A DNA stretch of 58,689 nt, filler included, from Circinaria calcarea (taxonomy: Eukaryota), in NCBI GenBank assembly GCA_051942165.1. It is 2 parts of 2 records of this genome, joined end to end, with 100 filler letters (N's around TTAATTAATTAA, not from the genome) between each part and the next. Parts side by side here need not be neighbours in the genome. Positions count along the whole stretch, not along the records: positions 1 to 29,300 come from JAVECS010000046.1; 1 more part is not named here. The stretch is one strand, 5' to 3'. Position numbers and translations under genes: made by a program. Positions 10,970-25,214 of the stretch are shown here, piece after piece; the first letter of the stretch is position 1, and each line of letters begins with the position of its first letter. The notes beneath the pieces are model-generated. The model saw nothing but the letters and a program-made list of their open reading frames with translations. It searched no databases and had not been told where the DNA came from.

Positions 10970-13900
10970 TTACTGATCCAGTTCCTCCGGTTGCTCGATA
11001 TCACCCTCTTCTTCCTCAGCATCGCCACCAGCCATCTCTGCGTCGGCTAATTCCATATTGGAAATGGTTGGCAATGCTCCGTTGCTGATAGATATTTGTG
11101 TAATTTTTGCTCGGGTCATCTCATAAACGTACTGTCCCAAATGCTCTACGCTAGTCATCTGTGTTGCCTTGGCTTCATCGTTCAAGTCCCTCGAAGCTGG
11201 AAAGACCTCACCCGGCACTAACATGAGTTGATCTGGTCGTTTCAGCAGTCGGTCGAATGCCTCTTTGAGTTCATAGCAATTTTCAAAGACCTCACGACGA
11301 CCCAGTATATAAAGGCCTAAACGAGCTCGGGATAGCGCTACAGTCAGACGTCGGATGTCGCGAAGGTAGCCAACGCGACTGGTTCGCACTAAGGTCAAGA
11401 TCACATCTGATGGTGATGTTAGGTACATGGAAGTGAATATATTGCATATAACTTACAATCATTCTGTTCTCCCTGATACTTATCAACAGTAGTTACTATC
11501 CTAGGCAGCCCGAACAGTCTGTTCTTTGCGCATCGATGTTCTAGGACATCACGGACTAAAGACCTCTGTCCGGCATATGTCGTCAATATCGAGATCTTTG
11601 AAGCCGGATATCCGAGCAACCGCATATACTGGTAAATTGCGACCGCATATTCTGCTTCACCCAAATTCTGTATGAAGTGTGGGCTCGGCTGCACTTCACC
11701 GGCACCTTTATAGTCAGGAACATTGATGAACTGATAGTCGTATTGAAAGCCGGCGTTAGCTTGCTTGTACTCTACTCCATTGAGGACATTGGGCAGGTCG
11801 CCAAGTTTTTCGTATCGCCATTTGTATAACTCAGCGATGCTTGGTCGAGCGCGACCTTGCCGGTCGAGGCTAATGATCGGAACACCGAGCCGTACAAGTC
11901 GAAGGAAAAGACTTTGCTCCAGGTTTGCGAATTGTCGAAATGCTAGATTTTGGATGATGGGTGAATTTTGTAGGTGGTCACCACATAGCACAATTCTCTG
12001 TAAGGGGGACCCGCCGTCCTCGGGATTTTGCAGGGCCAACGGAATAAAGTTTTCAATCTCGGTGATTTGCGCAGCTTCTTCCATGATGACATTTTCATAG
12101 TGAAAACCCAGGCTAGCAATCTCTTGTCTTCGTATTGCAGCATGCGTAGACGTCATGGCAATGATGCGCGCCTCTTTCAAGAGAAGGTAATTGGCTTTAT
12201 CCTTTGAGTTCCGGAGGATCTCGAAAGGCCGTATGTCCTCAAGCTCAGCAAAAATCCTATCAATATGGCGTTGGCAGCCCTTGGCTACGTCAAGTAACTG
12301 TTCTTTTGGGAGACCAGGCGGAAAGAGCGGCTGTGGGGCATCCTGAAAGTAGTGGTGGAAAGGGAAAAGGGGGACAATGCCATCAGCTTCCATATCAGGT
12401 GGTCCCACGGCGTCCCAGAACTGAGACCATGCAGGATCAACATAGACAGACTTAAAGTACCCTGCAGTCTCGCATGAACTACCATGGGCTCCTGGGGCAC
12501 CAAGATTAACGGCTAATCGATCCACCTCCGACAAAAGCCGAGCTCGATTGTCGAGAAACGATTCGACGCGCCCATGTTTTCCATAGCTCAGGTTAGAGTC
12601 TAGGTCCTCTTCGCCGTGCCCAAGGCGTAAAAGATGGCGGCCATCAATGTCCAACAAGGTTAACTTCTGGAATAATTGATTTAGAGCTTGATTACTATGC
12701 GTGACCATCAAGGTTCTCTGCGATGGAAAATCATGATAGATATTATTGATGATTTGAGTGGCCACATCGGTTTTGCCTACGCGCGCGCCTTATTAGCATC
12801 TACAGTGGGGATTTGTACCAGCCAGTTGAGAATTTGAATAAGCTTACCAGTCCCCGGAGGGCCAACAATAACCGTAAGACCTGGTTGCGTCCCAGAAACG
12901 ATAGCCTCGACTTGGGTAGGAGTGAACCTAGTCTTGTTTTTTCTAAGCGCATCTGTTGGGTAGGGTCCGTGATTTGGTGATAGATAGGTAGAAACTTTAA
13001 CAATTTGTTTCATCGGCTTTAAGTCTTCTTCTTCACCTCGCCGTCGTTTCCTTGAAGGTCTTGCAGTCGTCGGCTCTGCTGCCGTTGAGGTCTCTAAGAC
13101 GTAAGGGGGTCCAGAATCCGGCTTCAGATTTTCATCTGCTTCTATGGACTTTTTGCCATTAGTTGGGTATATGGAAGGTGCAGGGTGACAGGCGGAGTAA
13201 CACGAACCTTTCCAGGCAAACACTCTACCAAGTGCTGCCAATTAAGAAAAGTATCCCGAAAATCCACTGACTTTAGGCAATTTGGCAATCGTGTATATGT
13301 AGCGCCTGCAGGATCTCCATAGCCTAGGAAGACCTCTTGCAGCCAGGCTGGTAGGGAGACCTCAGATAACGCCAAACTTTTGATTGATTCCAATATACCC
13401 TTGAAGTTGTTCTCGCGACCTCTCCGTCGGACAATGACGTTTATGGCTTCGTACACATCCGGTTTCTCGCTGGATTTCCGATCTTTGTCGAGTTTGTATG
13501 CAGATGCATCAACATTAAGGACTAATCTCCGAAGGCGAGGCCGATATACATGGCCTTTTGCTTGCTCTAAAATGTCTCGAACGACTCGTCCGTCCTCATC
13601 AAGAACTTGCACGACCTCTGCTGTACGTAGATAGAGGAGGCTTGACATTTGATGGTTATAAACCACGGAATGTCCATTGACTACGGTTGGGTAATCATCT
13701 TGCGGTCTGACCGCCAACAAATATACAACATCACCCGGCCGCAAAGTATCCCATTCGCTCCGAACGTGGTCGGCCAAACTGCTTACGTCTAAAGCAACCT
13801 CCGTCCGGACATGAGCAGGCTGATCTGAGCCGACCTTGGGTGGTGCTACTTCTAGGATACTGGATACACTGTTAGCGACTAGCTTCCCTTCTGCCAAACA

Positions 13901-15563
13901 GTAGCCAAACCTAGGCTTTGAAATTGGCAACGCCATCCTTGAGAATCCTCCAAATTGAACTACGCTAGATGCATCGCCCATTCTAGGCTGTAAACGCTTA
14001 ATGGTATCCTCCATATTCTTTCTGATTTCGAAGAATGACTCGCATCGGTACAATACAAACGACCGCCATAGAAAGTCACCAACAGTCAGGTATTGAAGGT
14101 TAAGTTTCGGTATTGCTAGAGAACGTGTTCCATCGTATGATTCATTCCGGAGTAATGTCGGCTCATACAAATCGACCTATGGCGTTTCAGCTCCAGTCCA
14201 AATCCAGAAACAGTTGAATGAAAAAATACCTCAGTAGGCAGCACACTAAGATCTCTTAGAACATCCTGAAAGGTGTTGCGCCTCTCGTGCGCCATTAGAA
14301 GAATCTCTAGTAATAGCTCTCGTGTCATCTTTAGATTTATTGAAGGTGGATAATTAGTACGAAAGCCAAGCGCTACACAGAGCTCAGCTAGTTCCGTTTC
14401 TGTTAATTGAGATAGATGCTGATGCAAGTCAGACCGTTGGTCTATGGCTCCATAATTCGATAAGGCGAGAATGGTTAACTTGGATTTGAAAAGTTTTAGA
14501 GCATTCCTTTGCAGTCGCCCGAGCGCTTGGCAATGGAAGTTGTACGAATCCTCACGGCTATACTGAGCGCCTGTATGATCATCAATGGGAAACTCAGCGA
14601 AGTGCCGAAGGAGCGCAAATAAATCACGCAGGATCGCATTTTCCTCTCTCTCATACGCTGGCGATAGCTTGATCAACGCGAGTAGATTCATGTCTTGTAA
14701 TAGGGCGTTGACATATCTTCTAGTGGGAAGCTGACTTTCGAGATCGGTCAAGAATTCAAGGAATCGCTCACAGTACCTTACAGTGCCAGGTGATCCTTGT
14801 GAGTCGTATATTCTATTGATAAAGTCCGTGATCATGGAAAAGAGCCACGACCGCTCAAACTTAAGCCTTGTTTGCATTGAAGTTTCCGCGGCATCATACC
14901 GTTTCGTCGCAGCTCGCCAAGCTTTTCGAAGCTGGTTGTGTTGCTCGAACTTCGTCTCCCTAGCTGTCTCGCTCGATAGATTGTGCCATATTGATATTGA
15001 AACCAGAGGCGCACACTCTTTCCGCACAATCCCGACATCTAGGGACTGGAAAGCACTCATCAGGAAGCCAAGGAGGTAAGTTCGGAGGGAGATTGGCCAG
15101 GAATCATCGACACCGAGCGATAACACTCGGCGGAAGAGAGACGAAAAGCCTTCAACGTTACTGTGAAAAAAATCTGAGATCTGTCAGTACACTTTACGGC
15201 ATGGTGGGAGTCTCTCCTACACCGTACTCCAAGCTGGTAGCTTCTCTCTGCTCTTGACTGTGACCATCAGTGCGATCAGCAGGACATGGTGGTTTGACGA
15301 GTCGTCATTATAGCCCGGCCATAGATACCTGCGCAGTATCAGGGAAAGTGCTGGACGAGGGATTTCGCGGTACAAACTTACTTTTCGAACAGCTGTAAGT
15401 TTTCCAATTGGAACAGCGATCGAGAGTCAAAATCTTCCTTCTCAAGGACATCCCAGATCTCGGTTTTTATAACCTCTGACCGGACCTTCCTGGGCTGCGA
15501 CGAAGATTTTGACCAAACATTTTCCGCCAACTGATACCAACGGTTCTCACCTTCCACCTCCAT
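10970..15563 (-). CDS. AQR: Intron-binding spliceosomal helicase Aquarius/Cwf11 (Upf1-like SF1); about 8 exons
   Basis: LENLQLFEK|YLWP, YCERFLEFLTDLESQLPTRRYVN, LPKLNLQYLT-like block, [11 protein letters not shown] Walker A, MEEAAQITEIENFIP, TVDKYQGEQND and RRLTVALSRARLGLY. Start placed at MEVEGENR; an upstream extension is not excluded. Confidence 0.95.
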
Positions 15564-15957
15564 ATTCTCAACTTTCCTGGCGAGTTTGACTTCTCTAGTC
15601 TAGCAATTCTCCTCTTGACTAGCATCCCACTTTGCCTCTATGCGCCGTAGCAAATTCCATGGGGTATTCGGCATATAGATGAAAGGCATGGAGAAACTTT
15701 GGAGTTGCGGCTGCAGCTTTTCGGATATGCGGTGGAACGCGCTCCGCGCTGAAGTACCTACCAGTAGCCGTGCGCAGAAATAGCTGCAGAGCCTCAGAAC
15801 CTTATTCTCTTAGCGTTGAAATTAGAACACGGAGTAGAAGCGATCAGGGAGTGTGATGCGCAATTGTTCGCGAGCTACTCCGTACAGAAACGTCCATCTG
15901 ATATCCCTTCCTCCTGACGCTGTTACAAACGCACGGATACGAGCTAACAACGGTGAC

Positions 15958-18206
15958 ATGTCTATCTCAGAGATAGGACAAGTCGCCTCATACACAGTCG
16001 CTCTCCAAGCTCTCTTAGAAAGGGCGAACCATCCAAGCCGACAAGTTAGCACTCAACCAGCTTTAAGTCCGGAAGATTTGACGACCGGCGCGGAAGAAAT
16101 CATCAGAAGTGGAAAACATTACATTCAAACAAATCACCAAGCGCGTTATGCTGCGATCGAGACCGCCTTCAGAAACGTTTTCTACGAATTACTTGTAGGG
16201 GAGTCTGATCTGACAGCATACAGTACACTGACAGCAAGTCAAGGCATCCACTACAATCGAGGACTCTTCTTTTAATCGAGTATGGACTCTTCTCGATATC
16301 TTGTCCATTTTTTCAGATAACGGTACCAGCATACCAATGACATATGCTATTTACTCGTGGCTAATCCATGCTAGAGCAATGCGAGGCTGCCCTGGTGTTC
16401 TGGCTTGTTGAGGAACTGCTGGATAGTCAGACCATTGACGGATGCAGCAAGGTTTTCGATTACCTGGAATCACGGCGAGAACGAATGACTGCGGTGGGTG
16501 GGCAAAATAACCTTTGTTTGGCAAAACGTCAAATCTGATCTCTCGCACTTTTCTACAGAAAAATTTCAAAGGCAAACAGCTTGTCATACTCCGAGCCTGC
16601 AATGAACTTCTACGCCGATTATCGAGAGCGGAGGATACAGTTTTCTGTGGCCGAGTGTTCATATACTTATTTCAAAGCTTCCCGTTGGGAGATAAGAGTT
16701 CTGTCAACTTAAGGGGTGAATATCATGTGGATAATGTCACATTGTTTGATGAACTTCCAATAAACGACGCTCGAGGTCCTAGAATAGTGGATGTGGACGC
16801 TGGCGGCATACAACAGTTGGCAAAACAGGTTGGGCAGGAAGCGCCTGCTACGGAGCTTGATCTCGCACAGAATGATTATGCCATTGATGTATCTACAGAA
16901 ACAAAGTCGTTCAAGATGGACGGTAAGGTTCAGGGAACGGAGAAGCCAGTTCTGGACATGGATGAACTTTACCCTATTTTTTGGAGCTTACAAGATTACT
17001 TTTCTACACCCACCAAGCTCTTTGATCCACCAAAATTAACATCATTTCGAGCCGGAATGGAAGCAACCCTTGGTAAGTTTAAGCAAGTCTATCGAGATAT
17101 CGAAGTGCGCGGAAGCGCGAGATCCATGGACGAAAGCAGACGGGGTACGAAGCGGAAGCGAGGTGGAACATGTGAGGATTTAGCCATCTCCTTCAACCCA
17201 AAGTATCTTACCAGTCGGGATCTCTTCGAGCTCGAAGTAGGTAACAGACCATTCACCAACGTTAGAAGATCTAACGGGCAATAGATTAGTGACCTTGCTT
17301 TCAGACGACATGTCTTGGTCCAGGCATTGATACTGATCGACTTTCTTCTCTCTTTGACACCTAAAGCAAAGAGCAAACTGGAGAACGTGTCCAACAAGTC
17401 TGTTCTGTATGCATACACATTGGAGGAAGAAGATGTATGTTGAAATACGTGGTTCCTGTAATGTTCAAGTGGATTGGACTAAATTGATTCTAGGCTAACT
17501 GGGCGACTCGCATGAGGACGGATATTGCTGCGTATCTTCAACAAGGTGCCGAAGGCAAGTTCTATTATCGCATGGTTGATACAGTCCTGTCGAGGGACAA
17601 GAACTGGGTGCGCTGGAAAGCAGAAAATTGCCCCCCCTTCCAGCGTACCTCAGTTAGTGCCGAGGCTTTTGTCGATGCAAAGAACGGAGCCCAGAAAGCT
17701 TGTGCCAACAAAAGACTACGGGCAACTCCACTTGGGACTTTAGACCTCAGCTTTCTTTCGGATGAAGAGAATAGGGATGGGCTAGACCAATTAAAGGATC
17801 CTAACAGGTAGGTCTTCCCCTCTTAGCCATATACATTATATTGACCACGCGAAGGTACTCGATACCTAAGATAGAAGATTTCAGCGGTCCAATCGGCGAA
17901 GATGACTTTGATTTAGAGATGGCAAAGACCGAGGAAGAGAAGCAGCTGTTAGCGAATGCGCGCGCGAGCAAGTTGTGGCGAACACTACGTATCGCCTCGA
18001 AAAGTAAACTCAACCTTCTCGACCGGATAGATGACGGCCACAATTTGCAAGCTCTGTTCGGCGGTTCTGGTGACGAGAATGGGGCTAGGAAAGCGGCTGA
18101 TGGCGATGATATTGAGACGGAGTCATCAAGTGCTCTCCACCGGCCGTCCACGGAGACATTGACAACGATAGAATTAGATTCGACACTCGCAAGAGGAACC
18201 ATGTAA
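15958..18206 (+). CDS. THOC1: THO complex subunit 1 (Hpr1/THOC1, p84 family); 7 exons
   Basis: LWLVEELLDSQTIDGC-type block, LVILRACNELLRRLSRAEDTVFCGRVFIYLFQSFPLGDKSSVNLRGEYH, FNPKYLTSRDLFELE and VLSRDKNWVRWKAENCP. Confidence 0.93.
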
Positions 18207-21200
18207 AGTAGATAGATGCTCTAGACAATACCTATTTGTCATGCAAATATTTCTACACTGAGCGGCACGCGTGGTCCCCCCAGTAGTCACAGGCATTTTT
18301 GTCAAACTGATTAGACTCGTCCCTGTTCTTTGTCCTTGGCCCGGACTGACTTTGTAGCTCCTGAGACGTTGTGCCAATTTAGGCATGGTCAACTCAGTTC
18401 CGATTAGGTATTTCTCGACCACCGAGATTTTGACTCTCCCCTTTTCCGACCGCATCAAGAGCACTAATGCTCAAGGGTGCCCAAAAGCAGACTTCAATCT
18501 TGATACCCTGTACTGATGGGTTTTGGTGAGGGGGCTCCCTTGGCCGACGAGTGGCCAGGCGCACTTTCTTCGACGACCGCGCACCACGGTGGGCACTCGT
18601 GTGGGAGGATCGCCTGTGCTTGAGCAGGGCTAGTAATTATACTTCCTTGACAGCGGGATTGGAATACCTTGAACTACCTAGTAGCCCATTATCGGGAGAC
18701 TGTTATCGGTATGTCGTGCATGAATATGATACCCCCAACGGGAAAGAGATTGCAGTACTCGTGCCGCCTACAGAGGTACAGTCCTGGATTTCCCCGGAAG
18801 CCAACGGTGGCCGGGCGAGTTTTCCGTACCCCCTATTCCGGGGCAGTTGAGAGTACCTGTCGGCCGTCTGACAGTTGACCATGACTTCAGCACTAGACGC
18901 ACTTGGCCAGGGACTACAACCGTGACAACGATCAGCCTGGCTCCTATAGGTGATTGCGAGTCAGCTAAGCGACGGGCAATGGAAATTCCCCCAAGGTAGT
19001 TGGTACCACCGGAGTCCCCTGTACGTACCCGTCGCAGCCCCTATCAAATGGATCCCGCGGCCGTCATCCGGAATATTCTCGAACAAAGCGACCGAGAGCA
19101 ATTCGCCGGCATGATTTTCACCAGACGCCAGGGCCATCTTGCACGTGCACGTAGACCAGAGTCCCGGGAGCATAGCACGATAACTCCTTTGCAGTCCTGT
19201 AGACCGCCTGAGTGCTTTGGTGGCTGGTGGGAGGTTTGATTGAGATAGAGTACATGAGCGTTGCGGATGTTTCAACCTCGAGATCCTTCCACTTGACCAC
19301 CGACCCCATTTTCCCCATCCATCGCATTCGCTACTCCGGACCCAAACGCGCTTTGACCGAAGGCACTAAGCCATGCCGGCAATTACTAGGGCACGCCTAA
19401 GCTTTATTCTTTTCGAAGCATCCCCAGTTTCATCGCACCTGCCTTCATAGCGGATCGTCTGGCCGGTGCCATGTGTCAGGCTCGAGCATGTATTCGCTTA
19501 CGGCCACTCTCCAGGTGAAGGCAATGGTGGTAAATTATATCTACCTTGAAACCAACAGCAACGGCGAATCGGGATCATCTACTCGTCCGTGGGCCCAGGA
19601 TGACCCGACCTGTCCTTCTCCTTGCTAGCTATGCTTGGGATCTAGGAGCCCCTTTCGGCGGTACTTCGATTGTTCCTCTACGAACGGACCGAGCTGCCGA
19701 TTCGAAGGGCTTCGTCCAGAGGCACAGTTGACCAAAAGCAAGGAGATTACGAGGCGATGGAAGTCAACGGATGGTGTTTCTTCACCAGAGTGTCCGACTT
19801 TCATGCTTATTGGACGGCTAGGCGTGTTCATGGCAATTTAGACCTTGGCTCCTTAGGCATCGTTGAGACCTCAGCCAATCTCGAGCGCGGCTGCCAACAA
19901 GGATCAAGTATCGACGACGTCTACACTTACTCTTCAAGCTCCTGGGCGAGGGTCAGCACCCTTACCCGTGCACTTCTACCGACGACTTAGCATGCGCTTC
20001 CCCCCGTGTAATCACCGTGATGCGATGCATGGGAAGATGCTGATGCACACCCGCGAGTGGGAAGGCCCCAATACGATACCACCAGCATGGCATCACATGT
20101 GGGATGGAAAAGAAAAGAAACGAAACCCCGCAGTATAATCGAAGTTACTGCCGTCTCATTATTGGCACAGCAAGGGTCAGCAGTCCTGGCCAGTGGCCGT
20201 GCATGCCTCGGGCCGTTGGCTATACACATGAGATGACGAGTAGGACCTGCCCTGCTCTAGTCTAGCCTGAAGCCTTGTCCGCAAACCGCGTCTCCCACCC
20301 CTAATTCTACCCGCCGAAAGGATGGCTCTGCGAATTGCGGCCCAAGGGATAAAGTTCATTGGGAAATCTGCAGCACCGTTTGTTGGCAAGGTTCCGCCTG
20401 TGAAACGGGGTCCGCACGCATACCTCGATGGGGCGCAAGGTTTGGGGGTGATATGTCGAAACTGATGACAGTTCGGTGGCGACCGTGGGAGGACTGGCAG
20501 TCACTGGTATCTCTCGCCAAACTCTCCGTCTCTGTCATTGCGCATTTGTAAAACGCGGTCCTGCACGAGCTGCTTTCGCTTGGTTCTGATATTGAGGGTA
20601 TCTCGATTTGGCTCCCAGCCCTGCGCCAGAGCCAACGGTGTTTTAAGTCCATGAGGCTGACCAGAACGCCATCCCGCTGTAATCTTATCATGACCCTTGT
20701 TCTCGACTTCCCCACTGACTTCGCGGAGGCCTAGATTGCTCAATTGGTAAAAGTCTATCCAATGGTAGGACTCTCATCTTCGAGCACTTCGATCCTCTCC
20801 AACGTTGCAAGTCCATACTTGATCCTCGCATCCCTGGTAACGGGTCAAGGAAATGGCCTGAGCATTAGAATGAGGGATTGATTCTATTCAGGTAGGCCTC
20901 ATGCAAATGTGACGACATTCTAGTCTTGCAGCAGCGGGATTTTGACCGCGTCACATTATGCCCGAGTTGTCTCTGCTTTCTCACACACTGCTTGCCTATT
21001 CCGTACCTGGAATTTCATCTGTTTTGTCCTTCGGCCCTGACGGCTTTCTAGAAACAACCGACTATCGAGTCTAAACGTTTAGAACAGCTTGGTCTCCAAC
21101 CTGGATCGAAGTAATTTTACACTGTTTGTCGACTCCTTGTAAAGCTACCAATCCGTACCTTCCAATCTGTATACCTGTACCTATCGAGCCCGGAGAACCG

Positions 21201-21702
21201 TTCTGCGGATCTCGCTCGCATTCCAACTCCTCCTGTATGTCGTTCCCTATTTACGTCCTAACCTCGTCCCACTCATGTCAGCTTAGGTCTCCGTCAAGCA
21301 CAATAATCCGTTAATACTTTGCTCGGACGGCACGGGCGGGCAGATCCGTTTGGCCTACTCGAATCGAGTCATTCCCTTCCCTTGATCCGAGACCTGGATT
21401 CACATGAACTGGCATTAGCGCCCAGAGTGCCTATAGTCGCTCACTAGGTGCATTCCGCATTTTCTTCGTCCGCGGCCTGGTGTAGCTGCCGAATAGTCAA
21501 CGGCGACGTTCTTTGAGAGCGCAAGTGAAAGGGTGGGAAGTTCCGGATGCCTCTTCGTCGTACGGTACTGTCAATCTCGTACTGATTGGGTCTACGTCCC
21601 GCTACGTGCCACTGCTGGAATGACCGTGTTTTGACAGATCAGCTTCGGGTTATTTCTTGGACGGTACTGGATCGATTCGCTTTCCCCGGCCAAGATCCGT
21701 AA

Positions 21703-23665
21703 ATGTCTATTTATGAGGCATCTCAAAAGGGACCTGAATGGCCAGCACATCGTTTCCAATCGCATTCTGCCGCTGATTTTGGACTTGGACAACCTTGTGA
21801 TGTTGGATTAGGTGTTGCTCATGGGCGGTTTCAGATGGCGAATGTTGATAGCCAACCTGTCCTCAGACCTCATAGGAGCTTGCCATACACAGTCAACAGC
21901 TCAAATTCCCCGGTCCCATATTTCCAGCGTCCTCGAGGTCAATTAAAGGTCCCAAGGGCTACAAAGGAGTACTCGGCCGGGGACCGTGATTATACATTTA
22001 CTGGTCCAGAGAATGGTGGTGTAACGACAACGTACAGTACTGGGCCTCTGACTAGCCCAATCGCACAACATGCGCCTCTCTCAGGTGCAGAAGGAGATGA
22101 GAGTGCCGACGATGTCGATGAGATATTCATAACTACTAGAGAGCCCGAAGGTGAAGTCACCGAGAGCAGTGTACCTAAGACGGCAGCTGAGCGTCGAGCA
22201 GAGAAGCGCAAGATGAAGCGGTTCAGGTACACCAGGCTACTGTCATCTCACAGGATTCTGGCTTACTTCTTTTGCTAAAAGATTGACCCATAATCAAACT
22301 CGTTTCCTCATGAGCGAGTTCACACGTCATGCACATCCAGACGCCGCACAACGAGAGCGACTATCTAAAGAAATTCCAGGTTTAAGCCCTCGTCAGGTGC
22401 AAGTCTGGTTCCAAAATAGGTGAATAACTTCCAGTGCAGACGGGATCCTAGTACTAAAGGGACACAGACGTGCCAAGTTGAAGCGCTTCACGACAGATGA
22501 TCGAGAAAGGATGATGAGGTCTAGAGCTCTCCCAGATGGCTTTGACACGACGCAAACGCTGTATTCTCCCTTTGCCAACGTGCCTCAGTCATATTCGACA
22601 CCGATAGCTTCACCGGCTTTGTACCCCTCTGCTTATGGGGATGGCGGAATCATGCAACCTTTGGTAGCCGATGGCTTAAGACGACAGAGCGTGGACGACA
22701 TCATGGCATCACCAATCAGCATGAGCTCAGCATTAGGAAGTTTTTACAGCCCATCAGGTTCAGGTCCCGTGTCGGAAACTCATTCGCCAATTTCACCTGC
22801 CAGCGAGAAGTCGCAGTCTTCGAATCACTCAATTGTTCAGACGACGAGCTTCAGGAACCCAGACCAATTTATCCAGTCGGACAGCTTCTCTGTAATGTGT
22901 CATACATACCGACAAAACTCGAGACCGGAGATCCATGAGGGAAAGTCTAGCATGCGGACGGAGTCACTGGCTTCTCCACCGTGGTCAACCGTGTCGTACC
23001 CCTGCAATGCGCCCGATTATATTCCGTCTCATGCGTCGAGTAACGGGACCTTTTCAGAAGCCGGGCTATGGGAGCCTATTAAATGTAGCTCCTTGAACAA
23101 CACAAACGTTCCTTACAATTCTGGCCTTCCAAGTGAGCAAAATGCTTGACTTGCCTGAATTGGCGTCTAATGTGTGTTAGATGGGTTGTCTCACGGCTTA
23201 CCATCGTTGAATCTTGCGCAGGCTCGGCCAACGTTAAATGGCAATCCCCATAGTTTTAGTCACAAGCCTCCTTATCAGTCGTTCCTGCCAATGTCTACCT
23301 TTCAGCAGGGGCAATCTCCCCAAAGGTTTCACAGTACTTCTCTAGCGGGACTCCAGGACTTTCAGCTACCACAACTGGACGGGCCCTTTCATACAGCAAC
23401 TATAAACCCGGATTATACTACTACCTATGATGTCGCAGGGTCTGGTAGATATCAAGGTCGCCCGAAGGCAGAAGGTATCCACGAAGGACAAACAGTTGAA
23501 CGGCATCCTACGCTAATGAGGTCAAAGCCCTCCCTGGAACATGGAGGTGATTGCGGCGGTGAGGAAGCTGAGACTGAGAAGGTCAATATGCATACACTGA
23601 CCGACGCTTGCACGCATCAAACATCTACGCATTCTGCCGAGTTTGGTATACCTCGGTCGCGATAA
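21703..23665 (+). CDS. Homeodomain transcription factor (Q50); 4 exons, homeobox split by two introns (about 22227-22281 and 22420-22467)
   Basis: The spliced sequence KRKMKRFR|LTHNQTRFLMSEFTRHAHPDAAQRERLSKEIPGLSPRQVQVWFQNR|RAKLKR is a canonical homeodomain with Ser/Pro-rich flanks. Confidence 0.92.
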
Positions 23666-25214
23666 TCATCCGCATTCTGATCTCCTATCAAGTTGGAAGC
23701 GACATCTTTGATAGCAGTTTTAGCAGATTATATGTAAGATCATGACTATGAATGAAATGCCCTAGAATCTCTATACCTTGCAATGTGCTGGACTCTAGCA
23801 TTGCATTTTCCGTCCTGAAAAAGTGATGAAGAAGGATCGGTTCCTGAGCCAAGGAGGATGGCTTTACTATCCAAATATTCCCATTTCATCTGCGCTTCGC
23901 TGGGTGAGCTTCTAGTAAACCCCTCTTTTGTAATATTGGCATGAGAAGCTTTGACTTGCTCCGTGCTACCTAGGTATCTGAGACTTCATGTGCTCTCTGT
24001 TGAATATGATTTTTTATGGATTTCATATTTTGGTTGCCTTATGCTGCTTTCTACAATAGGGGCATTCTAGGTCTCCGGACAAAATTCTATCGCTAAGGCC
24101 TTGCTGTGTCCGGAGACTCAAAACCGCCCCTTGTCGTGGGATCCCCGCTGTACCACCCTTCTTAACTGGATGTTCACTAGCTTATTAGCTTACGGGAAGG
24201 ATAGCCTGTTAACACCCCATGAATCGTAGCATCGAAAAGCTTCGTGGGGTAAAAGGATAAGACCTCTCGACGAAATCTTGAGCAGTCATCGTCTCTTATC
24301 TCTCCATCATAGTATGCAATGGAACGTAAGCTTGGGCTTTTATGCAAAATTAATAACGGTAGGTTCCATGCAGTAATACTGGAGTTTCCCAAGTTCCAAA
24401 CTACGTCATGCGTGTATCATCGGTATCGTCTTGTCTTTGGCGTTTTATATATATGAGGTTACAAGGGTTACCAGTCGGACCCTCAGATCACAGTAACAAC
24501 AAACAATGTCAAAATATACGTATCCGTTAAGCGCGGCACTTGCTCACGCGATTTGCGACAGATGCTCTACCGATACGATGTTTGACAACAGCTTTCATTC
24601 AACCCCTATTTTTAATTTATGCAAGCATCCCCTCAATGAACCAGTCGTGATTGGGTGGTCGGTGACCGGCCCGAGGCTCTATATTTAATGTATTCTTGAT
24701 TTATCATCATGGTAATACGCGTTGTTGGTTGCGCTCCTCGCTCTAAACTGTCAATGCACATTATTAGTGGAGAAGAAAGTTTTGACCCCTATTAAGCCTT
24801 TCCCGATAGCTTCGAACCTTCTCATTCCGCCATTGTGATTCATTCTTGCGCTACAGCTAACTCTTCGTGATGTACGTATTTGGAAATCAAAACTCTTGGG
24901 GCAGTACCGATACTAACTCAAAAGTACTAGTATGCCCCCTACTACCATGGTTGAGCAGTCCGTGGAAGTACATAAGGCTCTCCGATCTATATAGAAGGTT
25001 TACCTAGTCAGCAACAGCCCGTGCTGGAAAAGTAACTCTTTCGTGGCCTAGAATAAAGACTCGAGGACTCGCAGCTTTTCCATCCCCAAGCCTTAATTGT
25101 TTCTGATGCACATCATTTGCTCCGTGGTGTAGCGCATAACTCTGCTTTTCAGTAATATTCTTTCCTAAATAGCACACCTGTAAGAGTAGTTGCTATTCTT
25201 GTATACCCAACTCC

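Noticed and set aside
15563..15674. In-frame upstream ATG for Aquarius separated by one TAG (15602-15600), suggesting readthrough or A-to-I editing
   Set aside because: The recognisable protein starts around MEVEGENR, and the extension shows no conserved features.
24071..24117. 11-bp inverted repeat GTCTCCGGACA/TGTCCGGAGAC with 25-nt spacer
   Set aside because: Roughly one such pair is expected by chance in 58 kb; no target-site duplication or second copy seen.
25119..25155. tRNA-like 5' half GCTCCGTGGTGTAGCG
   Set aside because: No T-loop/B-box (GTTCRA) or closing acceptor stem.
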